Of a stretch of 64,000 nt of DNA, positions 49,588-61,234 are shown piece after piece (the first letter of the stretch is position 1; each line of letters starts with the position of its first letter). The stretch lies in NCBI GenBank assembly GCA_033764015.1, contig JANRJK010000002.1, forward strand, positions 96,001-160,000, written 5' to 3'. Source of the DNA: Candidatus Sumerlaeia bacterium (GTDB lineage Bacteria; Sumerlaeota; Sumerlaeia; SLMS01; JANRJK01). A program made the position numbers and the translations under genes. The notes beneath the pieces were generated by a model. It searched no databases, was not told the origin of the DNA, and saw only the letters and a program-made list of their open reading frames with translations.

Positions 49588-51299
49588 TCAGCGCGGACTC
49601 CTGTTGGCGCTTCATCGAGCCCCTCGGCGACGCGGGCCACTTCGAAGACGAGATCGTCGAGCACATGGGCACGCTCCACCGCGCCCGTCGGCGGGCGTTC
49701 ACCGACAAGGTGTCGCGCGACGAGGTGCTGCTCGGCGAAATCCTCCGCCAGTCGAGCATGCTGGCGACGCGTCCCCATCCCGCGCTCCCGCGCCTGTACG
49801 GCGGCGAACTGGTCGACAACCGCTACACGCTGATCTACGAGCTGATGGGCGGGAAGCCGCTGCTGGACCGCGCCGCGAAGGGCGAGTATCAGGCCGTCTC
49901 CGCCTGGTGCGACATGGCGCTCCGGGTGGCCCAGTCGGTGAAGGAGCTCGAAGCGCTCGGCGTCGACTTCTCCCGGCTCCAGACCCGCCAGATCATGATG
50001 GGGCGTCGCGGGCGCATCCGATTCTCCGTCGCATGGCCGATCGGGCGTGTCACCCGGGCGGCGCTCGAGAAATCCGAGTCGTTGAACAGGATCCTGCGGA
50101 GTTCCGCGGGAGGCGTCTTCCTGGTCGAGGGCTCCGCCGACTCCGCCGCCGGCGTCCGGGGCCTTCAGCCCGTCCTCTTCCACCTCGCGCGCGGCACCGA
50201 CCAGAAGTCCATCGAGGACGCGATCCTGGCGGACGACCGGGAGAAGATGCAGAAGGGGGTGCGCGAGCTGCCATCCGTCCTCGGCGTCGACCGCGAGATC
50301 GGCCAGATCATCCTCCGGATGCAGGAGCCCTCCGGCGACATCGTCTCCGTGCCCCAGCTCCTCACCGTGTTGCGCTCGCTCAAGACCCGCGCCGAAGACG
50401 CGGACCGCGAGCGACTCGCCACGAACCCGTCGACGGCGGCGGTCTCCGCGTCCGTCTCGCGGGTGAACGTGCCGAAGATGCCCGGCCCCGCCATCCTGCC
50501 CGCCGGCGGCTCCGCACCTTCGAGATCGAACGAACCATCCGCGAACGATCCCTCCTTCGCCCCCTCCTTCGAGGCCGCCTTCAAGTCGATCCCGCAGCGC
50601 CCGCCCTCATCACCGACGGTGCAGCGTCCGGCCAACCGGGAGAGCGACGGCCCCGGGACGCTGAAGGCGCGCCCGCAACGCATCGACGAGGTTCCCGCCG
50701 ACAAGCCCGCCTACGCGAAGGTCGAGAAGGAGTTCTCCGAAAGCGACGACCCGTCGGACTATCTCTACCCGAAGCGCCCCGACGTGGTCGAAAGCGCCCC
50801 CGCCGCCGCGCCTGGGACCGGTGAGCTGCCGATTCCGCAGCCGGTCCGCGTCAAGGACCTGCCGAAGGCGCGCTCGCCCAAGCGCGAGGCGCAGGTCCGG
50901 GCAGCCGTCTATCTGGTGGTGGTCCTCGCGATCCTCGGCGGCCTCGCCTACGGCGGCCTTCACCTCGCCAGCCTGATGCGCGTCGAGGCCAACACGCCGC
51001 CCACGGCCCGCATCGCCGACCATCAAGGCTCCGTCGCCGCCGTGCAGCGCGTCACGCTCGACGGCACCGGCTCCACCGACCCCGAGGGAAAGGCCCTCGT
51101 GTACAACTGGCGCATCGTCGAGCCCGAGGGCGCGGAGTTCCGCTTCTCCGGGAACAATTCCACGGCCGCGTCGCGCATCGAGGCGCAGTTCTTCACGGTC
51201 GGCAGGGTCGTCGTGGAACTGAAGGTGTTCGACGGGACATTCAACAGCGAGCCGGCGCGCACCGTGTTCGAGGTCTCGCCTGCGGAGCGCGGGCGCTAA
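49584..51299 (+). CDS. Membrane pseudokinase: degenerate kinase fold, Pro-rich linker, TM, PKD-like extracytoplasmic domain
   Basis: HPALPRLYG...YTLIYELMGGKPL; GVDFSRLQTRQIMM replaces the catalytic loop; TM AAVYLVVVLAILGGLAY; PPTA...LDGTGSTDPEG..LVYNW. Confidence 0.7.
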   Translation: MISADSCWRFIEPLGDAGHFEDEIVEHMGTLHRARRRAFTDKVSRDEVLLGEILRQSSMLATRPHPALPRLYGGELVDNRYTLIYELMGGKPLLDRAAKGEYQAVSAWCDMALRVAQSVKELEALGVDFSRLQTRQIMMGRRGRIRFSVAWPIGRVTRAALEKSESLNRILRSSAGGVFLVEGSADSAAGVRGLQPVLFHLARGTDQKSIEDAILADDREKMQKGVRELPSVLGVDREIGQIILRMQEPSGDIVSVPQLLTVLRSLKTRAEDADRERLATNPSTAAVSASVSRVNVPKMPGPAILPAGGSAPSRSNEPSANDPSFAPSFEAAFKSIPQRPPSSPTVQRPANRESDGPGTLKARPQRIDEVPADKPAYAKVEKEFSESDDPSDYLYPKRPDVVESAPAAAPGTGELPIPQPVRVKDLPKARSPKREAQVRAAVYLVVVLAILGGLAYGGLHLASLMRVEANTPPTARIADHQGSVAAVQRVTLDGTGSTDPEGKALVYNWRIVEPEGAEFRFSGNNSTAASRIEAQFFTVGRVVVELKVFDGTFNSEPARTVFEVSPAERGR

Positions 51300-53581
51300 C
51301 TGCCGAAGGCGCCGGAGGAGTCCCGCCTCCGCAAGTCCTTCCACTCGCCGGAGCGGTCGTCGCGGTAGTCCTCGATGGCGTCGTTGAACTCGCGGTCCGC
51401 TTCGGTGAACCTCTCCAGCAGCCACCTGGCCGCATAGTCCCGGCGGGCGCGCAGCAGCCACAGAAGCCGTTCCGGCTCGAACGCGTCCCCGCCACGCAGG
51501 CGGAACGCCTCCTCCTCCAGCAACCGCCACCCTTCCTCGCTTCCTCCGCCCTCGGCCATGCACGCCGCCAGTCCAACCACCGCCTCGGTCTCGGCTCCGC
51601 TGGAGCTCGCCGCCTCGAAGCGTCCGCGCGCGTCCCGAAGCCGCCCCGCTTGGAAGAAGAGCGCGCCACGGCGCAGTTCCAGCTCCGGGTTCATGGGGAT
51701 GGCGCTGCGGAACTCGGCCTCGACGCGGGCACGCCGCGCGACCTCCCACGCGACCTCCTCGACGGAACGGCGGAAAGGCACCAGATCCGACTCCGCGAGC
51801 GGGGGGCGCTCCCGGAGCAGCGCATCCACCGGCGGGGCGAAGCGCGCCCACTCGGGTGCCCCATCCGCTTCCGACGACAGCACCGTGTAGGCGCGGGTGT
51901 ACTCGAATCCCCGAACCGCAGTCATCGGGAAGATGCCGAAGACGAACGAGAAGACGCCCGAGGCCGCCATCAGCTTGACGTAGTAGGAGCGGCGGCGCGC
52001 GTGCATCGCGCGCAGCCGTTTCCCCACCTCGCGGCACGAAGCCGGGCGGCGGTCCGGCGACTGCTCCACCATCGCGCGGATATCGGTGCGGAACACGTGG
52101 TGCGCCGCGGTGCTCTTCCAGCCCCAATACCACTCGTGGAGGTCCACCAGCGACAGCGCGATCCACTTCAGCCACGAGCCGCCCTTCGGCACCGGCACGT
52201 CGCGCTCCCAGCCAAGCCCCGCCGCCCGCCGGAGGTCGCCCACGAACATCTGGTACAGCAGCACGCCCAAGGCGTAAATGTCGGACTGGATCGTGGCCGG
52301 CTTCCCCTCGAGCACCTCCGGCGCGGTGTACATCGCGGAGCCGGAGACCGTCCGGTTCTCCGTCAGCTCTTGGATGACGGTCTTCGAGAGCTCCGCCGTC
52401 GTGCCCGCGGCGCCGTCCGCCAGCGCGCCGATGCCGAAGTCCGTCAGTCGGATCCGCGGATTCCCGTCCGCGTCCTCCCAGACGAGGATGTTCGCCGGCT
52501 TGATGTCCTTGTGCAGCACCCCCAGCCGGTGCGCCGCGTCGAGCGCGTCCGCCACCTGCGCGACCAGCTCGACGCGCTGCTTCAGCGGCACACGGGAGAG
52601 GCCGCCCTTCGCGTCGGCCCACTCCGCGAGGTTCCCGCCCTCCGTGTACTCCAACTCGACGAAGTAGGGTGCCTCGTCGAGCTGCCACGACACGATGCGG
52701 GCGAGGTCGTTGCGCTTCGCCGCGACGTCCCGTAGGACGGCGAAGAGCGCCACCTCGCGCCGCAACCCCATCAGGCGCGCGGGATCGAGGCAGAACTTGA
52801 ACACGCGCTGCTCGCGGTACTTGGCGCTGGCGCCGAGCCACACCTCGCCGAACCCGCCTTCGCCGAGCTTGCGCTCGAGCGTCCAGTCGCCACGCCCGGG
52901 GACCGCGGCGCCCGCGGCGGGGCGCCAGCCCGCGACCTCGCCGGGCGCCGAGGCGCGCCGCGCCTTCTCGGTGTCCGGCGGGGGAGCGAGCGGCGCCTCC
53001 CCCTCGATTCCAACCTCGAACACCTCCACCGCGCCGTCGTCGATGCCCTTCACGTGGTAGGCGCCGTGCGCGAGCCACAGCACGCCGGGCGGCAGCCGGT
53101 CGTTCCCGGCGGCGGCGCGGCGCGCCAGATCGAAAGCCGCCCGCGTCAGCAGCGTCTGCCCGCCGAGCGCGAGCGACATGATCCGCGCCGCCTGGGGCTT
53201 GGCGAGCCCCTCGACCTCGAGCGGCTTCGCGCCCCGCGCCACGTCCCCGGGCGCGTTCTCGCGGAGCACCACCTCGCCGAGGTGCGCCGCGGCGCGGGCG
53301 CGCAGCTCGACCCCCTCGGCCCGCGACAGCGCGCGGAGCGCCGCGTGGATCTCCAGCGCGCAGGCCGCCGCGTCGATCGGCCGCTCGAACAGCAGCAGGA
53401 ACCCGTCCGTCCGGTCGATCTCGCGCCCGGCGTGGCGCGCCACCGCGTCGCGGGAGAGCCGGTCCACGCGGGCGAAGAGCTCGGCTCCGCGCGCGTCGCC
53501 GAGGGCGGCGACCAGGCGCGTGGAATCCACTAGGTCGACCATGAGGATCGTTCGGATCGCGGTGGCTGCTTCGAGCGTCAT
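51296..53581 (-). CDS. Class III nucleotide cyclase-like domain fused to Ser/Thr kinase, TM and TPR-like region
   Basis: DLVDST...IDRTDG...HLGEV...[51 protein letters not shown]. Confidence 0.88.
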   Translation of the reverse strand: MTLEAATAIRTILMVDLVDSTRLVAALGDARGAELFARVDRLSRDAVARHAGREIDRTDGFLLLFERPIDAAACALEIHAALRALSRAEGVELRARAAAHLGEVVLRENAPGDVARGAKPLEVEGLAKPQAARIMSLALGGQTLLTRAAFDLARRAAAGNDRLPPGVLWLAHGAYHVKGIDDGAVEVFEVGIEGEAPLAPPPDTEKARRASAPGEVAGWRPAAGAAVPGRGDWTLERKLGEGGFGEVWLGASAKYREQRVFKFCLDPARLMGLRREVALFAVLRDVAAKRNDLARIVSWQLDEAPYFVELEYTEGGNLAEWADAKGGLSRVPLKQRVELVAQVADALDAAHRLGVLHKDIKPANILVWEDADGNPRIRLTDFGIGALADGAAGTTAELSKTVIQELTENRTVSGSAMYTAPEVLEGKPATIQSDIYALGVLLYQMFVGDLRRAAGLGWERDVPVPKGGSWLKWIALSLVDLHEWYWGWKSTAAHHVFRTDIRAMVEQSPDRRPASCREVGKRLRAMHARRRSYYVKLMAASGVFSFVFGIFPMTAVRGFEYTRAYTVLSSEADGAPEWARFAPPVDALLRERPPLAESDLVPFRRSVEEVAWEVARRARVEAEFRSAIPMNPELELRRGALFFQAGRLRDARGRFEAASSSGAETEAVVGLAACMAEGGGSEEGWRLLEEEAFRLRGGDAFEPERLLWLLRARRDYAARWLLERFTEADREFNDAIEDYRDDRSGEWKDLRRRDSSGAFGS

Positions 53582-53700
53582 GGCTGCGAGCTTGCAGGCG
53601 CGATTTCCGGCGCGCAACCTCTGAGCGCGGGGGTCTTGGTCGTATTAAAAGAATGCGAATCGGCTTTACTAAAGGGCTTGATGGAATCGGGGCCGGCAAA

Positions 53701-53715
53701 TGGAACCGATTAAGC
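53701..53715 (+). promoter_or_regulatory. Putative sigma54 promoter of glnA
   Basis: TGGAACCGATTAAGC (GG-N10-GC) about 130 bp upstream of glnA. Confidence 0.45.
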
Positions 53716-53844
53716 GCGCGGGTGCGACCGGGCGGCTCCGTTTTGGGCTGCCCCCCGCTCCGCGACCGCCCGAACTTTCCCCATCGCCGCCGCGCCCACA
53801 CCGCGCCGCGGCCAAAATCCACCCGCGAAAGGCCCGCACCACCT

Positions 53845-55272
<1,428 letters not shown>

Positions 55273-55298
55273 GCGGTTTCCGCATCCCGACGCAAGAT

Positions 55299-55334
55299 CC
55301 CGCCCTCCCGGTTCGCCGGGGGGGCGGTTCCTTT
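55299..55334 (+). terminator. Terminator after glnA
   Basis: CCGCCCTCCCGG-ttcg-CCGGGGGGGCGG-ttcctttg. Confidence 0.7.
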
Positions 55335-55340
55335 GGTGGA

Positions 55341-55868
55341 TCAGTCGTCGTCGAACGGCGACGGGAAGCGGTGCGGCTGGAGCATCCCCAGCACCAGGTC
55401 CACTCGCTTCGCGCGCGTGGGCGCCGTCTTCGCCGCGGCGATGTGGTACGCAAGGCCGCGCCGTTTGCCGGGCGTCATCTTCTCCCACTCGCGGCGCGCC
55501 GACGGGTTCTTCGCCAGGGCGCGCTCCAGTTCCGCCGGCATTTCGACCGCGTCCTGGTCCGCGATGCGGAAGGCCACCTCGACGGTCGCGCCAAGGACGA
55601 GGCGCCGCTCCGCGAGCACGCGCCGCGACAGCATGAGGAAGTGGCGCCCGCCGCTCGGCTGCAGCGCGCCGTTGAGCGGCTTGCCCGCGACGAGCGCCTC
55701 GATGCGCAGCCGCGGGTGCCGGTCGAAGGGCAGCGCGCGCTCCAGCTCCTCCGGCAGGTACACGCAGGTGAACGCCATGCTGCCCATGCGGAGCCGCGCC
55801 ACGGCTCCGGTGAAGCGGTGCGGGAATCCGTCCGCGCCGGGTTCCGCCGCCGCCTTCCGCGGGCTCAT
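55341..55868 (-). CDS. YdeI/OmpD-associated (DUF1905 + OmdA) family protein
   Basis: DQDAVEMPAEL..AL...WEKMTPGKRR....IAAAKTAPTRAKR. Confidence 0.85.
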   Translation of the reverse strand: MSPRKAAAEPGADGFPHRFTGAVARLRMGSMAFTCVYLPEELERALPFDRHPRLRIEALVAGKPLNGALQPSGGRHFLMLSRRVLAERRLVLGATVEVAFRIADQDAVEMPAELERALAKNPSARREWEKMTPGKRRGLAYHIAAAKTAPTRAKRVDLVLGMLQPHRFPSPFDDD

Positions 55869-56932
55869 GCCACGCCGCGCATCCGCAGCCGCAGGTTGTT
55901 CGCGCTGTCCGCGTTCCGCAGCGCCTCCTCCGGCGAGATGGCCCCCGCCTTCCAGAGGTCGAGCAAGTGCTGGTCGAAGGTCTGCAGCCCTTCGTGGCGC
56001 GACTCGGCGATGGCGTCCTTCATCGCGCCGATGTCGCCCTTCTGGATCAGCTCCGCGATGAACGGCGTGTTGATCAGGATTTCGAGCGCGGGCACCCGTC
56101 CACCGCGCGCCGCGGGAACCAGGCGCTGGCTGACGATCGCGCGCAGGTTCATCGAGAGCTGCAGCAGCAACTGCTCGTGGAAGTCCGCCGGGAAGAAGTG
56201 CTTGATGCGGTCGATGGTCTGGTTCGCGTTCGTGCTGTGCAGCGTCGCCAGCACCAAGTGGCCCGTCTCCGCCGCGTGGAGCGCGAAGTGCATCGTGTCC
56301 TCGCCTCGGATTTCGCCGATGTAGATCACCCGCGGCGCTTGGCGCAGCGTGTTCTTCAGCGCGACCTCGAAGGATTTCGTGTCGATGCCCACCTCGCGCT
56401 GGGTGATCACGGACTGCTTGTTGTCGAAGACGAACTCGACCGGGTCCTCGATCGTGATGATGTGACCGCCCATGGTCTCGTTGCGGTAGTCGATCATGGA
56501 GGCGAGCGTGGTGGACTTGCCCGAGCCCGTGGCGCCGGTGACCAGCATCAGCCCCCGGTCCGCCGTGATGAGGCGCCCGAGGATCGGCGGCAGGTTGAGC
56601 TGGCTGAACTTCGGAATGGTCGTCTTGATGCGGCGGATCACGATGGCGACGCAGCCGCGCTGCGTGAAGCAGTTCACGCGGAAGCGCCCGTCCTTGCCGT
56701 GCACGAAGGAGAGGTTGATTTCGAGTTCGCGGGCGAACTCCTCGCGCTGCTCCTCGCTCAGCAGCTCCGCAGCGTACGACAGCGTGTCGTCCGGCGTGAG
56801 CTGCTCGGGCCACGCGTCGGTGAAGCCGCCGTGCAGCGAGAACTTCGGGTTCGCGTAGGCGGACAGGTAGAGGTCCGACGCGTCGGACCGGATCATCAGG
56901 TCGAGCAGGACTTGCAGGCGCTGGGCGGGCAC
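55865..56932 (-). CDS. pilU: Type IV pilus ATPase PilU
   Basis: ASDLYL, GATGSGKST, EVALKNTLRQAP, TLHSTNANQTIDRI; downstream of pilT. Confidence 0.88.
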   Translation of the reverse strand: MPAQRLQVLLDLMIRSDASDLYLSAYANPKFSLHGGFTDAWPEQLTPDDTLSYAAELLSEEQREEFARELEINLSFVHGKDGRFRVNCFTQRGCVAIVIRRIKTTIPKFSQLNLPPILGRLITADRGLMLVTGATGSGKSTTLASMIDYRNETMGGHIITIEDPVEFVFDNKQSVITQREVGIDTKSFEVALKNTLRQAPRVIYIGEIRGEDTMHFALHAAETGHLVLATLHSTNANQTIDRIKHFFPADFHEQLLLQLSMNLRAIVSQRLVPAARGGRVPALEILINTPFIAELIQKGDIGAMKDAIAESRHEGLQTFDQHLLDLWKAGAISPEEALRNADSANNLRLRMRGVA

Positions 56933-56955
56933 GGGGTCGTTTCTCCTCTAGCGGG

Positions 56956-58443
56956 TCAGGGCTTGCGGCCGGGAACGGGGGGCGGTGGCGGGAAACCGCC
57001 GGGGCGCGGCGGGGGCGGGGGAGCGCCGCCGCCCGGCGTCAGCGGGCGCGCGGTCGGGGGAGCCCCAGCCAATCCCGGAGGCGGGGCGACCGGCTGCGGC
57101 GGGCCCATCGGGGGCCGGTTCGGCGGCGGAGGCGGGCCACAAGCTTCGATTCCGGGGATCGTGGGGCGGCGAGGCGGCGCCATGGGGGGCTGCGGCACGC
57201 CGGGCTGCGGCACCGGCGGGGGCGCCATCGCCATCGGCGCGGGCGGCGGGGGTCCGCCCGGCCTGCCCGCGGGTGGCGGGGCGCCCGCGCGGGCCTCCGC
57301 GTCGCGCGCCACCTGCCGCGAAGCCGCCTGGATCAACTGGTCCAGCCGGTCCATGCCGTTCGCCACGATCATGTCCGGGTTGATCGACTTCATCAACGCG
57401 TCCTTCTCCGAAATCAAGCCGCGGTCGAACAGCTCCTTCAGGTGCATGTCGAGCGTCTGCATGCCGACCTTCTGACCCGTCTGCATGATCGTCGCGAGCT
57501 GGTGCACCTTCGCCTCGCGGATCAGCGAGCGCGTGGCCGACGTGCCCACCAGGATCTCGAGGGCGCACACGCGCCCCTTGCCGTCCTTGCGGGGCACCAG
57601 CGTCTGGCAGATGATCGCCTGGAACGACTCCGAGAACATCATGCGGACGAGCTGCTGCTGCTCCGGCGGGAACACGTCGATGATGCGGTCGCAGGTCTTC
57701 GCGGCGGACTGCGTGTGGAGCGTGCCGAACACCAGGTGGCCGGTCTCCGCCGCGGTGAGCGCGAGCGAGATCGTCTCGAGGTCGCGCATTTCGCCGACCA
57801 GAATCACGTCCGGGTCCTCGCGGAGCGCGCTGCGGAGCGCGGCGGCGAAGCTCTTCGTGTTCGGCCCCACCTCGCGCTGGTTCACGATGCAGCGCTTGTT
57901 CTTGTGCACGAACTCGACCGGGTCTTCGATCGTGAGGATGTGCTCGTCGCGGGTCGCGTTGATGTAGTCGATCATTCCGGCGAGTGTGGTGGATTTGCCC
58001 GAGCCGGTCGGGCCCGTCACCAGGACCACGCCGCGGCGCTTCTCCGCGACGCGCTTCAACGTATCGGGCATCTTGAGGTCTTCGAGCGAGCGGATCTTGG
58101 TGGGGATCACGCGGAACACGGCGGCCTCGCCGCGCAGAGTGTAGAAGCAGTTCACGCGGAAGCGGGCCGCGCTGCCGAACTCGACCGCGAAGTCGAGTTC
58201 CTTGTCGCGCTCGTAGCGCTTCCGCTGGTCGTCCGAAAGAATGTCGTAGATCATGCCGTGCATTGTCTCGCGCGTCAGCGGCGGCAGGCTGGTGGGCCTT
58301 ACACTGCCGTGCAGGCGGTAGAGCGGCGGATCGCCGACCGTGAGGTGCGTGTCGGACGCGCCGATTTCGACGGAATGCAGCAGCAGGGAGGTGATGTCGT
58401 TCCCGGGAACGTCGATGGGACGGCCTTCGGCCACTTCGGCCAT
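56956..58443 (-). CDS. pilT: Type IV pilus retraction ATPase PilT with Pro-rich C-terminal tail
   Basis: GPTGSGKST, ALRSALREDPD, ATRSLIRE (AIRNLIRE-like), GMQTLD. Confidence 0.93.
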   Translation of the reverse strand: MAEVAEGRPIDVPGNDITSLLLHSVEIGASDTHLTVGDPPLYRLHGSVRPTSLPPLTRETMHGMIYDILSDDQRKRYERDKELDFAVEFGSAARFRVNCFYTLRGEAAVFRVIPTKIRSLEDLKMPDTLKRVAEKRRGVVLVTGPTGSGKSTTLAGMIDYINATRDEHILTIEDPVEFVHKNKRCIVNQREVGPNTKSFAAALRSALREDPDVILVGEMRDLETISLALTAAETGHLVFGTLHTQSAAKTCDRIIDVFPPEQQQLVRMMFSESFQAIICQTLVPRKDGKGRVCALEILVGTSATRSLIREAKVHQLATIMQTGQKVGMQTLDMHLKELFDRGLISEKDALMKSINPDMIVANGMDRLDQLIQAASRQVARDAEARAGAPPPAGRPGGPPPPAPMAMAPPPVPQPGVPQPPMAPPRRPTIPGIEACGPPPPPNRPPMGPPQPVAPPPGLAGAPPTARPLTPGGGAPPPPPRPGGFPPPPPVPGRKP

Positions 58444-58519
58444 GGTCGAACCTCAGGGGGGATTGGATCGCGTGTCAGTCTGCGGGGCCGGGCGGCGCGC
58501 TGCGAGCGGAAACTAGCGC

Positions 58520-59605
58520 TCAGGCGCCCAGGCGTTCGCGAAGCACCTCGCCGAGCGGACGGCGGAAGTTGCAGCTCTTGATGCGGCACTGGGCGCCGCA
58601 GCCGTGGATCTCCTTGCGGCGGCGCGCGGCCTCCGCCCCGGCCCAGATCGCGTCCGGGGGCGACTGGCGCACGTTGCCAACCGGCTCCATCACGTCGCAG
58701 AGCCGGACGTCGCCGTTCGGATCGATGTCGAAGTGCGACACTCCCACGCGGCACGGGATCGCGATCGGCTGCTCCGGATCGAGCAGGTACTGCCGCATCC
58801 AGCGGAGCTGATCGAGCGGGTTGCGGATCGGCCAGCCGTCCCGCTTCAGCTTCTCCAGCTCGTCCATGCCGCGGTTGATCTTATCCGCGTCGTTGTCCCA
58901 GAAGGGGCTCTGTTCGTACCAGCGCGGCTCATAGGCGGCGTTTCCGCTTTCGAAGTAGAGGATCTGGAACGTCACGCCATCCAATCCGCGCTCGCGCACC
59001 CAGCGGACCATGTCGCCCGCATGGTCGATGTTGAAGCCCATCAGGATCGTCGACAGCGTGAGTTGGAACGGGCGCCCGGGGTAGTTGAGCTGCTCGACAC
59101 AGCGGTGGATGCGCTCCGCGGAGAAATCGACGCCGCGCGTCTCGTCGTGCTTCGCCCGGTCGAGGTGGTTCAGCGACACGCTGATCGTGTGCACCGGGTT
59201 TGTGGCCGTGGACGCCAACTCGCGGAGTTCCTTGACGCGCGGCTCCGGGAGGAGCGAGCCGTTGGTGACCGTGAGCACCTGGATTCCCCGCTCCGCGGCG
59301 GCGCGGTAGAGCTGAAGGATGTCGGGGCGCAGGAAGGGCTCGCCGCCGGCGAAGACCATCGCGTGGGGCCCGAGCCAAGCGCGCAGCTTGTCCATCAGGG
59401 CGACGATCTCGGCGGTGGTCAGCTCCTCGTCGCGCGCGCTCGACGGCGTCTTCCAGTACGAACAGGTCGGGCAGCGGAGGTTGCAGCGGTTCGTCAGCGA
59501 CAGCGAGACGACCGACGGCTTCACGAAGGAGGCGTCGAACTCGTAGGCGAGCGGCTCGGCGATGCGCCGGCCAAGCTTGCGGATGTCGATGGCGAGCGGT
59601 GCCAT
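58520..59605 (-). CDS. Radical SAM protein with SPASM/Twitch domain
   Basis: CNLRCPTC, GGEP, TNGS; CRVG...IDPNGDVRLC...C...C....C. Confidence 0.9.
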   Translation of the reverse strand: MAPLAIDIRKLGRRIAEPLAYEFDASFVKPSVVSLSLTNRCNLRCPTCSYWKTPSSARDEELTTAEIVALMDKLRAWLGPHAMVFAGGEPFLRPDILQLYRAAAERGIQVLTVTNGSLLPEPRVKELRELASTATNPVHTISVSLNHLDRAKHDETRGVDFSAERIHRCVEQLNYPGRPFQLTLSTILMGFNIDHAGDMVRWVRERGLDGVTFQILYFESGNAAYEPRWYEQSPFWDNDADKINRGMDELEKLKRDGWPIRNPLDQLRWMRQYLLDPEQPIAIPCRVGVSHFDIDPNGDVRLCDVMEPVGNVRQSPPDAIWAGAEAARRRKEIHGCGAQCRIKSCNFRRPLGEVLRERLGA

Positions 59606-59666
59606 GGGCGCTCCCGCGCGGAGAGTGGCGACAGCGTGGGGGGGCGGCGGGTCCCGCTCAAGGGGA

Positions 59667-60224
59667 TTAGGGCGCCGCGGCGGCTGCGCCCTCCGGCGCG
59701 CGCCACGGGTCGTGCCGCGTGGCCCCCCACATCAGGAGCGGCGTCGCCACGGCCCAAGCGACCGCGAGCGCCGCCATGGCCATCCAGAGCGGCTCGCCGA
59801 TCTCCACCGCGCCAAGGCGCCACCCCGCGAAGTACGCCAGCGGCCCACCGACGCCGCCGAACACCGCGAGCAGCGCCAACTTCCCGCGCATGAAACGCAT
59901 GGAGGCGTTCATCGTCGCTCCGAACGCTGGCCAGAGCGCGACCATCCAAAGCGGAGACATCCACTCCGGCGCGACATCGTTCAGGTGGAAGCGGTACATC
60001 CCGGCGGCGGCGAGCGCCGTATCGAGGACGAAACCACCGCCTGCGCACGCGGCCAGGAAGAGGCCCTCCCGCGGACGGTCCGAAACCTTCGACAAGTGGA
60101 CGGCGATGAAGGCGGCCACCACTAGCGGGCCCGCGAACCAGAGGCCCGCCACGGCGCCGAGGATGCACGCGAACCAGCAGGCATAGTAGCCTAGGGCATT
60201 CACAACAAGGTACGTCTTGGACAT
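59667..60224 (-). CDS. DUF2878 family membrane protein
   Basis: WFACILG, PLWMVALW..F..T, GGPLAYFAG.RLGAV. Confidence 0.85.
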   Translation of the reverse strand: MSKTYLVVNALGYYACWFACILGAVAGLWFAGPLVVAAFIAVHLSKVSDRPREGLFLAACAGGGFVLDTALAAAGMYRFHLNDVAPEWMSPLWMVALWPAFGATMNASMRFMRGKLALLAVFGGVGGPLAYFAGWRLGAVEIGEPLWMAMAALAVAWAVATPLLMWGATRHDPWRAPEGAAAAAP

Positions 60225-60311
60225 GGTGGGCCGTTTCCGGGCGTGTGGATTCCGCCTGCGGAGCAACGGGGCAAGCGCAGTGCCGGAGTGTCCGCCACCG
60301 GCGCGCGGGTG

Positions 60312-61103
60312 CTACGGGCGGACCTGCCGCTCGCGGCGCATCGGAGGGCTGTTGGGCGGAGGCTCGCGGCGCCCCGGCGGCGCCGCCCCGGGGTCGTGCC
60401 CGGGCGGCGGCGGCAGCGCGTCGTCGCGCCCCGGCAAGTCTTCGATCCCGGCGTCCTCGCGGAGCTGGCGCATTTCTTCCTCGATGCCGCCGAGGCGTTC
60501 GCGCAGGACCTGCGCCTCGCGCTCGAGCTGCGCGAGCCGCCGCCGCAGCGCCGACACCTCGCCGCCGTCCCGCGGGGCGTACGCGGAGCGCTCGAAGCGC
60601 TCCCGGAAGCCCGCCAGCGTCGCGTCCGGCTCCTCCACGTATTCGAGCGCCTCGCGGAGCGCCTCCTTGCGCATTTCGAGAACCTCGGCGAAAGGCCCGT
60701 CGATCTGCGCCTGCTCCATGCGCTCGAGCATCTGCGGCGCGCGCTCGCGGATCACCGCCAGGGCGCGCTCCTCCCGAAGCGCCAGCAGTTCGCGCTTCAG
60801 CCGCAGGTCGCGCTCGCGGAACTCCCTCTCCGCGGGATCATCGAGCGTGGCGATGGAGGCTTCCGCGTCTTCGATCTCGCTGGCGAGCGTGTCGATCTGG
60901 AGCATCTGCTGGCGGAACTTCGCCATCTCGCGCATGGGGCCGCGCTCGGCGCCGCGCCAGAAGGCGCGCGGGCGCTCCTCGCCGGCGGAGGGGGCCGTCG
61001 CGGGCGCGGATCGCTTCGCCTCCGGGCGAGAGGTCTCGGGGTCGTCCGCCACCGCGGAAGCGGCGAGCAACGCTGCGGTGAGGAGGAGGGCGGTGGGTCT
61101 CAT
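60312..61103 (-). CDS. Exported coiled-coil hypothetical protein with Pro-rich tail
   Basis: Signal peptide MRPTALLLTAALLAASAVA; E/R-rich heptads. Confidence 0.7.
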   Translation of the reverse strand: MRPTALLLTAALLAASAVADDPETSRPEAKRSAPATAPSAGEERPRAFWRGAERGPMREMAKFRQQMLQIDTLASEIEDAEASIATLDDPAEREFRERDLRLKRELLALREERALAVIRERAPQMLERMEQAQIDGPFAEVLEMRKEALREALEYVEEPDATLAGFRERFERSAYAPRDGGEVSALRRRLAQLEREAQVLRERLGGIEEEMRQLREDAGIEDLPGRDDALPPPPGHDPGAAPPGRREPPPNSPPMRRERQVRP

Positions 61104-61234
61104 GGTGGCCATGCCTCTACCATGGCACAGCAAATTCCCCGCCGCAATGGCCAGAGGCGCCCGGTGCGGAAGTTCCCGCGATCCCGGCGCCTTGGCCGCA
61201 CCAAATGGTACACCGCGGCACCGGCGCGTCCGGG

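Noticed and set aside
53716..53844. Possible glutamine riboswitch in the glnA leader
   Set aside because: GC-rich but no recognisable glnA-motif structure by eye; would need cmscan
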